NCBI GenBank assembly: GCA_026770705.1
Contig: JANJGN010000017.1
Location: 110,050,001 to 110,114,000, forward strand
Direction of reading: 5' to 3'
Source: Isurus oxyrinchus
Taxonomy: Eukaryota
DNA length: 64,000 nucleotides
Part shown: piece by piece, positions 14,588-26,641 of the stretch
Numbering within the stretch: the stretch's first letter is position 1
Layout of the letters: each line of letters opens with the position of its first letter
Notes under the pieces: model-generated
Database searches by the model: none
What the model was told of the DNA's origin: nothing
What the model saw: only the letters and a program-made list of their open reading frames with translations
Program-made: the position numbers and the translations under genes

Positions 14588-15080
14588 ATGGCAGGACTTG
14601 TAATATGTGGGAAGCCGTGGATGCTACCAGTGTCCTAGACGATCACGTATGCAAGAAGTGTCACCAGCTGCAGAACCTTGAGCTCTGGGTTTCGGAGCTT
14701 GAGTGGCGGCTGGAGTTACTGTAGCACATCCACGAGGCTGAGAGCCACGTAGATTGCACATTCAGAGAGGTGGTCATACGACAGCTTAGGAGCCTGGAGG
14801 CAGAAAAGGAATAGGTGACCGCGAGGCAGTCTAAGAAAACCAGACAGGTATTGCAGGAGTCTCCTGGTTCACCAATTGACACTCCATATTGGATACCAGT
14901 GAGGGTGTTAGTTCCTCAGAGGAGTGCAGTTAGAGCCAGGTTTGTGGCACCACAGGCAGCTCTGCTGTACAGGAGGGGAGAAAGAAGAGGGAAGAGCAGT
15001 TGTAATAGGGGACGGTAGTTAGGGGAACAGACAGTCGTTTCTGTGCCCATAGACATGACTTCAGAATGGTATGTTACCTA
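14588..15080 (+). mobile_element. CR1 ORF1 fragment
   Basis: CNMWEAVDATSVLDDHVCKKCHQLQNLELWVSELE (zinc finger/leucine zipper) and a degenerate VIGD..RGTDSRFC esterase motif. Confidence 0.75.
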
Positions 15081-15089
15081 TTGTTAGAG

Positions 15090-15560
15090 CAATCCAAAAC
15101 AAATCCCATCGCTTATGTGCTCTGTCCATAGCCGTATATTTTTCGCTGCTTCAAGTATTTATTCGATATTCCCTTAAAAGATATAGTATGTTCGAGCACA
15201 CCTTGTAGCAAACATCCCATGCTCCAGCAACCCTCCAAATGAGAAAATTTCTCTTTGCCTCTCTCTTCAGTCTATTTGTGACATTTCATTTGGTGATCTT
15301 TTGTCATTAGATCCAGAATCATGGGAGTTAGCCTGTCCTTAGACACCCTATCAAAATCCTGAATAATTTTTAAAATACTATTAAATCTTTTCTTATCCTT
15401 TACAACTCCATTGGATATAGTTCCACTGTCTCAAATCTCTTCCCATAACTATAGAATCCCATTCTTGGAATCATCCTGGTGAATTGACATTGTGCTCTCG
15501 ATGGCTTTCATTTCTCTTCCAACTGAGGTTATTGAAACTTATATACGGTACTTTAACCAT
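15090..15560 (-). mobile_element. Old CR1 3' fragment
   Basis: Degenerate reverse-strand CR1 ORF2 C-terminus/3'UTR (cccattcttggaatcatcctggtgaat). Confidence 0.5.
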
Positions 15561-18163
15561 TCCTCATACAAATGTCACTTCTTTATTCTATGCCACTTGT
15601 TTGTTAAACTAAAAATGCTATTTATGCTGTTTATGGCATTTAGTCTGTCAGGGAATTACATATTTGAACCCCTAAGTAGTTGCACCCATCTGCATATTTT
15701 TGCTGAGTGAGTACTCTCATTCCTTGCTTTTCCTCCCAGAATGTAGCACCTCACACTTCTCAATGTTAAATTGTACCAGCCATCTGTCTATCCAGTGCAC
15801 AAAGCCATTGGTTTTCACATCTTTTACAGTCCTGTTTGTTATTTACCAAACTCCTAGCTTGTGTTGTTTGTTCCTATTTTCCCTTGTTTTCTTTCCATGC
15901 CCTCTTTAGCAGCTAACATTGCTGATGAATGTGAGTATAAGACATTGACTTAAGCATTAATTTATCTTTAATTCTGAACAGTTTTATCTTGCTTTAGTTA
16001 CTAGGCTGAGACTACCAACAGTCTATTTTGCAAGAAATCAGCCTGAACTGGATTTAAAGGCTCATCTGAAAAGTTATTTTGGACAAAAAGCATTAAAATG
16101 CTGCACTTAAAGAGAAAGCTAAGCTCAAAGGGAGTGCAATCCAGAGATAGGCATACAATCCCACAGCCTTTGTTTTTTTTGTAATCTGCACTCCCTTCAA
16201 GTAATGGTTTCCATGAAATTAATATTATAATTCCAATCTAAACACCCAAGTTCTACCTAACGTAGATTCTTGACATAGGCTCCAAGAAATGGATGAATGC
16301 AGTCATATTGTGATTCGGAGTTTTCCAATTCAAGAAGATCCAGCTTTAATTTCCTAATCTATGTTCAGGCAGTACAATTGGTCTCAGTATTTCTGAGAGC
16401 TGCCTATTCCTGCTGAAGGAAAAAGACAGGATCTGGCTGAGTCTTGATGTCCTCCCACCTGGCTAAATTAGTCCTGCCAGTACTAATTATCAAGATTACG
16501 GGAACAATGGTTATTTAGATGTGGTGCAAGATGGTTGCTGGGGTCCATTGAATCGTAATCCAGCATTAGTACTGCTTTCAGGAGAAAAAGAGAGGTGGGG
16601 GGATGCAGAGAGGATGCTAAAAAGGAAGTGCATAAAACTGCATTAAACCAGCTTGGAACTGAACTTACATAAAGCTAGAGTTTGGGGACTAAGCAAACAA
16701 TGTTCAAGGTCGTTCACTTAATGCCAGAATAATTGACTATGGCTTTGTCTCCATGCAATTAATAATTACTAATTAGTGATTGTCAGGGTTGACTTGTAAT
16801 TAATACATGGAAAATATAGCTGGAACACATTGCTCAATTGTTCCTAATTTGGCATCTGATTCTGCTTACTTTGTGTCTTCAAGTAGCCATTGAAACAACA
16901 GATTGATGGTGGTCTTGTAATTGTGGCCTGGCCCTCCTTACTGGAGATGCTTTGTGTGTGTGGCCTCAAAGAGGAAAAGTAAAATTTGAAAAAATAGCAT
17001 ATTATTCCCAGCTACATTTCAGTTTATGTCAGGTGTGTTGCTGAGGATGCCAGGGCCGCTGGTCACAACACTTAAGTTTTAAGCAATAATACACAAGGGA
17101 TTTTGTATTTATTAGATTATTTTGTTATTTCATAAATACAAGATAAGTTACTCCAAACAGAGAATTTACTGGAATTTAAGTTGTAGAGTGCCACAGGACA
17201 GGGAGATCTAAGATTGAAGGGTTATCAATTACCTCCAAAGTTGCCTCTGCAAGAGTTGTGGGGTTAAAGTCCTGGAAGCCCGAGAAACATTGAGAGATGC
17301 AATCTACATGTTTTGGAGTGAATCAAAAAGGTGGCTCATCACCAGTTTCTCAAGGGCATCCAGGGATGAGTAATAAATATCCACCTTGCCAGCAACATCT
17401 GAAAAAAGATTCCTGGCATCCCCACCATGCTGAATACACTTCTTAGCTTTATAAAATCGAAGTCCCTCAACGATGTTTATGTTGTTCAATTTTTGGAGAC
17501 CCTTCAAGTAGCCATCGAATAACATACAAGGAAAAGCTGCTGTCTGTTTGCCAACCCCTCCCTCACCACCAGCCTTGCTGACTCCACCATGGTAATTTTT
17601 TTCTTTTTCTATTGATACTTTGGTCATTACTCTACAAACTTGCCAAACATGCTGACTTACACACTGTTCCCTCTTCTCCATCCAGCTATCTTTGCGATCA
17701 TTTGTCATTGCACAGTCTCTATTCTTAATTTTATTTTTCCTCAGTGTCTTGTAACTCTGAACTCCTTACCTTCCTCGGCTTTAAAACCCAAACGTAGCAT
17801 TACCTAATCAGCAGTCTTTGTTTTGGCTTGGCCCGCCTAATTTTATTAAGTGTTGGTAACATCCTTCACCATGTCTTGGCTCATCAGCTACATTCCTGCC
17901 AAAAAAAGAACTCTCTGTTCACTTTTTCCTTCCTTCGCTCAGTGGAGCTTATTTGGAAGCATTCTCTTTAAGTTTCTAATTTGCCTACCTTTTCTCAATT
18001 TAACTTTCAGGAAACATGAACATAATTATCTGTTCAGTGCTGGAGTGTGTTCCATCATTTTATAAAAGAATATTTGGTAATTCAGTGCTTTGATTAATAT
18101 CTCCAAGCTAGTTATTTTTTTATTACTCAAGTCCATCTACTCAGTAAATCTTCCTCTGTAAGC

Positions 18164-18612
18164 TTAACCATCATCCAGGGCAAAGCTTTGCACTTGATTG
18201 GCACCCTATCCACAAATATTCACTCCCTCCACCACTGACGCACAGTGGCAGTGGTGTGTGCCACTTACAAGATGCATTGCAGGAACTCACCAAGCCTCCT
18301 TAGTTAGCACTCCCCAAACCCACGACCACTACCATCTAGAAGGACAAGGACAGCAGACACATGGGAATACCATCGTCTGGAGGTTCCTCTCCAAGCCACT
18401 CACCATCCTGACTTGGAAATGTATTGCCGTTCCTTCACTGTTGCTGGGTCAAAACCCTGGAAATTGCTCCCTAATAGCACTGTGGTTGTACCTACATCAC
18501 ATGGTTCAAGAATGCAGCTCACCACCACCTTCTCAAGGGCTGTTAGGGATGGGAAATAAATGCTGGCTTAGCCAGCGATGTCCACATCCCGTGAATGAAT
18601 AATAAGAAAAAA
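18164..18612 (+). mobile_element. LINE 3' fragment (family of 34589-38089)
   Basis: cacttgattggcaccc...ccatctagaaggacaagg...gggatgggaaataaatgctggcttagccagcgatgtccacatcccgtgaatgaat. Confidence 0.8.
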
Positions 18613-19293
18613 TAATCCTTGGTGGATCTCTCCCTAAGTTTTGTTGAACTTGCTTCAATGGTCTTCACCTCCTTGCTAATTTTAAGGCATTGGTTCATGC
18701 AAAGTTGAGGTTGGGATAACAGTATGTCAGTGTGTATGGTTTTTCAAAAGTCTCAAACTCACAAATTTTACTTTATGGTTTTGAATTGTCTCAGTGTTAT
18801 TTCTGTTGTTGACAGGGAATAATTCATACAGCTTAACAGTAGTTAGTTTCATCTAATCCTCCAAGGATTGAACTCGCAAATTAAACTATTCTGCAATTTC
18901 AGGATGTAGAAGCTCACCAAAGATAGAAGAGAGATCTCCACAGTTTGGGTGTTTCTTCAATTGTTTGCACTAGTTCAAAGTCTTGGCTGTTGCATGTGGG
19001 CAGCATAATATGGCCTTGAAATTTAGTCACAAAGCTCTCACTTTTCAGGCACTAAACATCCTCCTAAGTTGCCAATATGATGGTCAGGAAGTGATATTGG
19101 GGCTGCTTATTGTGGCCCCAACATTCGGTACATCTTTTAGACTCATTATTTCCATGTGTCCAAATTCCTAAGCAACAATATTGTTCATTTAATCATTATC
19201 TTCATTTGATTATTTTCATAAACTTCTTTTATCTTATTGATTTACTCCCAGTTCTTTTGTAATGCTTCTCCTGAAACAGGACAGGTCAGTTTG

Positions 19294-19388
19294 AAATAAA
19301 AATAGAAAATGCTGGAAAAACTCAGCAGGTTTGACAGCATCTGTGGAGAGAGAAACAGAATTAACATTTCGAGTCCATATGACTCTTT
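19294..19388 (-). mobile_element. Degenerate PLE-derived arm
   Basis: aaatgctggaaaaactcagcaggtttgacagcatctgtggagagagaaacag...tttcgagtccatatgactc, similar to the other copies. Confidence 0.6.
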
Positions 19389-20988
19389 TGACTACTCCTG
19401 ACATTATTCCAGTTCCAAAATAAAACCAATCTTTTCAACAAAGTAATAATCTAACAGAGGGATTGAGTGGTACATCTTGCATGAGGTAAGAATAAAATAT
19501 GATCAGGAGGATGGCAGAAAAGGACAAGATGGTTTGAAAGATATAGCAGGACATTTTTAGTGTTCAGATATTGAGAATAGCTGATGTTTATTCAAACATG
19601 TTTTGTTGGCTGCTTCTGATTCAAATGATTCAATCTGTGGGTACAATCTAATGTACTTCCAACAAGCCTGACTGCCAGATATACCATCAACTTTACCATG
19701 CTAATGTAATTGTAAGATATGTTTTGCTTTTAGACGTAGGTGTTACCTAACTGTGCATTCTCATGCTTGATTTCCCAGTATAGGTTATCCACTTAGATCA
19801 GCTTAGTGTTCATCATTGTGGTTTATGTTTTGTCTTTGTTTAGCCTAAGCACAGTGGACCTCCCATGCTCACTATTCTTCATTGTTTAAATTCACACCAG
19901 ATTGGAATCTCCATTGTGGAGGCTGACCACTTTCCTCAAGCCCGGTGCAACTAGCAATTTTCAATTTGAAGTCAATTAAAACCAGCTTGAAATGCATTCA
20001 ATTTTTTGTTTTTTGTTTAAGAAATTAAGTTTTGTTTAAATGAAGCTTACAAAAGTGTGACCAGTATGATTATAAGCATAGCCAATAGTTAAGAGACATC
20101 ATGCTATTTTATTGAAGATTATATTGAATTGTCAATATGAATAATGGGACTGATTGATTGATTCAGTTTTAGAATGATTTTGGTACTTGATCCTGTAACT
20201 ACGAATATAAAACGTCCCCTAGTTGCTTTTTTCCCTCCATTTTGTTTTTAAATAATGTCATACCCATTCCTTGGATCTAATCCACAACACCAATACTTAC
20301 TTGACCAGCCTAGAGTTGTTAAAATGACTATTTAGACTGCAAGAAGTTAAAACTAATTGCCACAGTTTCTGGCAGAAGTTTCTAAGGAGACCATGAATAA
20401 AATAGTCACAGGATGATTAATATTCAATTGTATGTAATTTTGCAAAGCTCATGTGTCTGTCATGTGCATATGTAGCAGTAATAGCACTGTTTTGCCGAGT
20501 ATGAGTGCTGCTTAGTTGAAAACGCTGTCATGCACTCGACCATGGGGGTGGAACTTATTCCACCTCAGGACCAAGACACTTCTCTTCATTTAGATTTAGT
20601 ATTAGATATAACCATTTCGACTTGAGCAGCCACAGCCTAATCTTTTGTGGAGCACCCAGCCTAGCTTTGTGTAGATTGCCCTCAGATGTTACAATACTCT
20701 TGATATATCACTGAAATCAAGAACTATGGATCAGCAGTTCAGAAACAATGCTAAAGAGGATACAGCTGTGCCTCTGAAGGAAGTTCTGGTTGTTTCTGGT
20801 TTCTATTCTTAAAAACTGTTTCCAGTCGCCAGTATTTCAGAAATCAGACAAAGTATGCCTGTATGCAGCTATAGCATGTTACCCAGTTTAAATGGGCTTG
20901 GGATTCAAACATCTCTACTGTCTTATTGTCTTATGATGTGCCTATTACTTTCGTTTCTGATTGCTCACCATGCACTTCTCCTTTGCAG

Positions 20989-21128
20989 GCTTATTCCAAA
21001 AGATCAGTATTTCTGTGGCGTGCTTTATTTCACTGGCAGTGATCTTTTTAACAAGAATATGAGGACCCAAGCACTAGAAAAAGGCTTCACTTTGAATGAG
21101 TACACAATTCGCCCATTGGGAAGCACAG
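20989..21128 (+). CDS. POLB: DNA polymerase beta, penultimate exon (equivalent to human exon 13)
   Basis: ctttgcag|[48 protein letters not shown]|gtaag. 140 nt. PolX YFTGS and NEY motifs; phases fit both flanking exons. Confidence 0.98.
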
Positions 21129-21719
21129 GTAAGAGCTGAATGGTATTGGAAACCTTGGTGTTATCACAGGCTTTGAATGCCCCTTTACTAAACTGACTAA
21201 ATTGATGAAGGTTCCTTTTTCTTAAACAAAGGTAGGTCAAATGCAAAGCGTACATCTCATTTTTAATTAATTCCATAAAATTTTGAGTAGCAGATGGTCA
21301 TGTTTCAAAAAGACTTTTAGACGGAAGGACTTTATTAAATGTATAAGTTTGACATTATTGTCACCCTGGTGGGGTATTTACAACCTGAACTAATTTTAGC
21401 CCTTCATAGGAGTGAGTCATGGTATCTGCTTTGTGCTTAGGGTTAAATCAAATCAGCTTGTACTTTTATTGTACATTATTGGTTAGAAGAGGCAAAAGAA
21501 TTCAATTTTAAGATATTTCACAAGTGCTATTTTTATACATTAAATGACCACGATTAATTTGAAGAATGTGCAAAGCTAGTGGCTAGATTCCGATATGGTA
21601 ATTTTGGCTAACATTTTATCAGTGATCCTCATGCTATACCCAAAACCACTCTGAGTTAGGAGAAAACTACCAGTTGCATTAGCTGTTTAATTATTTTGCT
21701 GTATTATCTTAGTGAATTT

Positions 21720-21833
21720 CTTTTTTAAATCATTCATGGTTTGGGAGCCATGCTGGCAAGGCCAGCATTTGTTACCCATTCCTAATTGCCCTTGAGAAAG
21801 TGGTGGTGAGCCACCTTCCTGAACCACTGCAGT
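21720..21833 (-). mobile_element. LINE 3' tail fragment
   Basis: Reverse complement of the same tail (gccagcatttgttacccattcctaattgcccttgagaaag). Confidence 0.7.
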
Positions 21834-22163
21834 ATATGTAGAAAGGAAAGATAGAGTTAAAATAATTAGACAAACTAAATAAATAGTTAACAAAATTACC
21901 AGTGTTGGCAATGCTGGACCTTGATATAAATCCAGATACATGTACTGTACTTGCAATTGCAAAAAAAAGTTAGATCTCAATTTATTTTTCTTCTCCTGTC
22001 AAAGGGCTTGGAGGTTTAGAAATTAAAATTCAATCAAAGATTTCTTCACGAAACCTCTTTCTGTGAGGTTAATGAAGCACCAATTATAGTAAAACCACAT
22101 AGCCCTGCCTATACCAAAATGTTTCACCTCTTGGGATTAAGAAAGGACTATCCTCAGTCAATG

Positions 22164-22247
22164 AAAATAAATAAAAATAGAAAATGCTGGAAATACGCAG
22201 AAGATCTGGCAGCATCTGTGGAGAGAGAAACAGAGTTAACATTTCAG
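22164..22247 (-). mobile_element. Degenerate PLE-derived arm
   Basis: aaatgctggaaatacgcagaagatctggcagcatctgtggagagagaaacagagttaacatttc. Confidence 0.55.
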
Positions 22248-22938
22248 CTACTCATTCACAGTCAAGATGTTCTTTATTATGGTGAAATGGTACCAATGAT
22301 AATTCAATTCGTTTAAAGTAAGGCCTCATTCAAAAACTGGGAAGTCTTCAAAAAATTTTCTTCAAGAAAAGGCATTGACACAGAGATATCAAAGTTACAG
22401 CAGGGCCAGTATTATGCAACTCAAGCTCTTCACCTAGAACTATATATCCTAGTCCCATTTTCCCTGTTCTTTCCCCATATCAGAAGCAATAGAAAGTGAA
22501 GCAAATGGCTAACACTGAGATTGAAGTACAGTGCCCATAAACAGCTGTTGGGACTAGGAAAGAGAATAAGGACAAAGTACAATCAAGGGTAAAACCTTTT
22601 TATTGGAGAAGGGTTAACTTTGGAGTGTTTGCACACGAATTTTGAAGGCGGCAGGACAGGTTAACAAAGCAGTTAATAAAGCACATGGGGTCCTGGGCTT
22701 CATAAATAGAGGCATAAAGTGCAAAACCAGGAAGTTATGCTAAGCCTTTGTAAAACATTAGTTCGGCTCCAACTGGACTATTGTGTCCAATTTTGGGTAT
22801 CACAGTTTTGGAAGGATATGAAGGCTTTGGAGAGAGTTCTTTAGACTGGGAGAAAATACAAGGCAAGCTAAGATGAGTTTTGAGTGCATATGCGTAATTG
22901 CATGCTGTGTAGCAAATAAAGTTTGTGAGCTGCTAGAA

Positions 22939-23325
22939 CAAAGAAAGACTTGAATTTATATAGCGCCTTTCACAACCACATGACATCCTAAAGTGCTTAA
23001 CAGCCTATTAAGTTTTGAAGTGTAGTCACTGCAGTAGGAAATGCAGCAGCAAATATGCACACAGGAAGCTCCCACATACAGCAATGAGATAATGATCAGA
23101 TAATCCATCTTTGTTATGTTGATTGACTAAGATAGGACATCAAGGTTTACTCCCCGGCTCTTCTTCAGCATAGTGCCTTGAGATCCTTTACATCCACCTG
23201 AGAGGATAGACAGCACCACTGACAATGCAGCACTCCCTGTGTCAGCCTTGATGTTCTTACTCAAATCTTGGAACCCACAACCTTTTAAGAGATGAGAGTG
23301 CTACCTATTGAGCCATGGCTGACAC
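22939..23325 (-). mobile_element. Deu-domain-like SINE
   Basis: Reverse homologue of 50586-50997 (aaagacttgaatttatatagcgccttt...gagccatggctgacac). Confidence 0.65.
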
Positions 23326-23375
23326 TAAAGCACGTCTGCACATGATATAGTGGCACTAACAGCCGTCTCAACTTA

Positions 23376-23506
23376 AATAAAAACAAAAAACTGGATGCTG
23401 GAAATCCAAAACAAAAACAAAATTACCTGGAAAAACTCAGCAGGTCTGGCAGCATCGGCGGAGAAGAAAAGAGTTGATGTTTCAAGTCCACATGACCCTT
23501 CCACAG
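23376..23506 (-). mobile_element. Single-arm PLE-derived insertion
   Basis: Same family sequence. 18-bp TSD aacagc(c/t)gtctcaactta (23358-23375, 23507-23524). Confidence 0.75.
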
Positions 23507-24850
23507 AACAGCTGTCTCAACTTATCCACTACTTTCAAAAATTTGTGTACATACATCCCAAGACTTCTCTTTTCCTGCATAACCTTTAAAATTGAACCAT
23601 TTAATTTATATCACCTCTCCTCATTTTTCCTACCAAATAAATCAGCTTCTCTGCATTAAATTGATCCTGATGCATTCCTGTCCATTTTAGTAGTCTGTAA
23701 ATGTCCTCCTGAAGTCTGTTAATATCCTCCTCATTGTTTGCTGTCATCTGCGAACTTTGAAATTGTGTCCTGCATACCCAAGTCCAGGTCCTTGATCTGT
23801 ATCAAAAAAAGTGCAGTGACCTGAACATTGATCCCTGGGAAATGCCTTTCCTGAGTCTGAAAAATAACCGTTCACCCCTGTACTCTGCTTTCTGTCCCTT
23901 AGTCAATTAGTGTCTGTCCCTTTTCCCAAGAAGAGAGGAGGCTGAAGGGTGAACTTGGTCTTTTAGATGGGATGTGGGAATGTCACAAATATGAGATAGT
24001 CACTAATAAATCCAATGCTGAATTTAGGAGAAAGGAATAGAAGGATATACTGATAGGGTCAAAATAAAAAGGGAAGGGAAGAGGCTCACGTGTATCATAA
24101 ACACCGGCATTACCAATTGGGCCAAATGGCCTGTTTGTGTGCTGTAGACTCAATGTAACTTTTCTGTTATACCACAGAAGTTGGGTTCAAGTGATTAATA
24201 AAATACTGAATGGTCAACATTTCTGTATTCAAGTAAATCTTGGAGTGAACTCGATAAACTTGTCTTGCCGTCGTATATTATGTTTTTAATTATGAGGTAA
24301 AAATAGGTTTGTAATCTTGAAAGTTTATGGCTGCATGACTTTGATAAACTAATGTAATTTGAAAATTTTGCACTGGGTGGTAAGAAATTAACAGCTGTGT
24401 GGTGGGCCAGCACTTCGAGAGTCAATGTTGGTGCAAGTTGTAATCTAATTGCAACCAGTCAAGGCCATGCTGGTGTTTCAAAAATGTATCTTCATACATG
24501 TGGGGAGATAAATTTGGCTCCCAGCCGACCATTTTTCCAGTGTCAAATCAGAGCTGAACCTTCAAATGCTGCGTTGAATACAGATTATCAAGTCGGTCTT
24601 CAACCTTCTAATGAGGTTTTCAGATCTTTTCTATAACACCAAATTTCTCTTTGAAGAGAAAATTAAGGAAATGCCTGGAGCTTGTGATTCCCGGCTATTA
24701 GGAAACCATCACCGATAGATTCTTTCCACTACTTTAGAGCTTGGTATTAAACACCTCCTGGGGATAGCCCCTATCCCATTTTAGAACAAGACAGCCGCTA
24801 TTGCAGCAGTATATAAAATAAGACTGATGGTAGCAATGTATAATTTTATT

Positions 24851-25220
24851 GGGCAGAATCTTCCAGTCGGCATGCGGGGGTGGGCCCGATACGCTGATGC
24901 GTAAAATGACATGCAGTGATGTCGGACGTGTTTAAATAAATTTTAAAATCATATTCTTTAATTATTTTAATATCCATTCAATCTCCCTGAGGCAGCTCCA
25001 TGCTTCAGCGTGCACGCGCAAATGAGCTCTGGCCCCGACTCTCCCTCCTCACCCCCGCCCGCACAGGTGGCGCTGAGCGCTACCGGCCATGTATTATACT
25101 GGGCAAGCCTTAATTGGCCCACCACGTAAAATGGTGACGCCGAGCCTATTGCGGACGGCGATCAGCTCTGTGCCTGCTCCCGGTCCCGTCCAACTGCCCG
25201 CCATAGGAAAAATCCTGGCC
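24851..25220. mobile_element. MITE, shorter member of the same family
   Basis: Imperfect TIRs gggcagaatcttcc / ggaaaaatcctggcc flanked by att...att. Shares caatctccctgaggcagc and ccttaattggcc with 29556-30208. Confidence 0.65.
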
Positions 25221-26428
25221 ATTATGTATGTATGTACATAGTAGTTTTCACTTGGTATTGCTTCCATGAGTTTAGTGGTTATGCTGTGTTTTATTTATCA
25301 AATTCAGAGATAAAATGAGATGGAAAAGCCATACAGGCAATGAGGGTGATGCTTCTCGAAAGTGCATTCTTTTCTCAAGACATGAGTTCAATATATGGAT
25401 TTGTATGGATCTCTGTTCTTGTTGATAAAAACTATTGGAGTGAAAATTTCCAGCATCCATAATACTTTGCTCTCACTCCTACACACTTGATAATGAAAAA
25501 AACTCCCATTCAAAAAAGCTATTCAAAGCTTTTAAATCTCATCAAATGGTTAATCTCTTATAAAAACAAACATCCATTCAGACCCCACATCAAAGACACC
25601 TAATCCTTTAATAACCTCTTTAAGCTGTGAATCAAACTTTGAACTCAGACCATCCCCGGTTGAGATACAAGGTTTTGAAACACAGCCAAGCATTCATAAT
25701 GAAATAATGATAGTCCTTGGGGAAATACCAACAAAGAGCTCTACTGAAACTGTATGACTAGTTGCTGCTTTTTTTCTAACCTGTCAATCAAAGCAGTCCA
25801 GGCTGTTTTATAAGCCCCTCTGACAGCTACAGCCTGTTATTTTAAAATTTTTAGAGTGGGGCATTTAAAAAAACTTCAGATCATGACAGTTATACTGACC
25901 CTATCCGCCCTTCAGAGTATTTATGTCTACAACATCAATTTGTGACTCCCACACTGCAGGTTAAGGCCCTTGGACCAGCCAAAATGGGGTCTGTTTGACC
26001 TCAGCACTGAATTAAAATGGCCCTGCTAAGATTGAGAAGGAGATATCTAGGATCAAAAATAATCACGTAGACAGTGCTGAGATTCCTCTCTCAAGCAGCA
26101 TATCTCAGAACTATTTTATGTGAGACTCCAGTTCAGCTATGACCCACTCCTTGTTTCTTTATTCGTTCATAGGATGTGGGTGTCACTGGCTAATCCAGCA
26201 TTTATTGCCCTTGAGAAGGTGGTGGTATTGTCACTGGACTAGTAATCCGGAGAATCTGGGCTTCTTTGATCTCAGCTCTATAGCTGCCTCCCTCTCAGAC
26301 TCTGGATCTTGGAGATCATCTTTCTTTCACTTCTTTGCTTTAATTGTTTCATCATCATGTTCATCTTCTAGCTTCAGTCTCCTCTTTCATGGGTTTCTTC
26401 TCATTCTCATTTTTTTGTGAGGAGGCTC

Positions 26429-26641
26429 CTGGATAATTTTGTGTATGTCCACTCTTCCAACCAGCTCATCAGGCCAATCCAATGTTGACAAATGGGTTGT
26501 CAGGTGAATCGCATCCTGCCCCCTTCCCCTTACCATTAAAAACTAGATTTGTCCAAAATTTAGGTGGGACTTCCTCATCCAGCCCCCCCTACCATTTTTA
26601 ATGGTCCAAAGAGATTTCCTGACTCCACAAAAATCCAGCCC
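26429..26641. mobile_element. Decayed MITE
   Basis: ctggataattttgtg ... cacaaaaatccagccc imperfect terminal inverted repeat. Confidence 0.4.
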
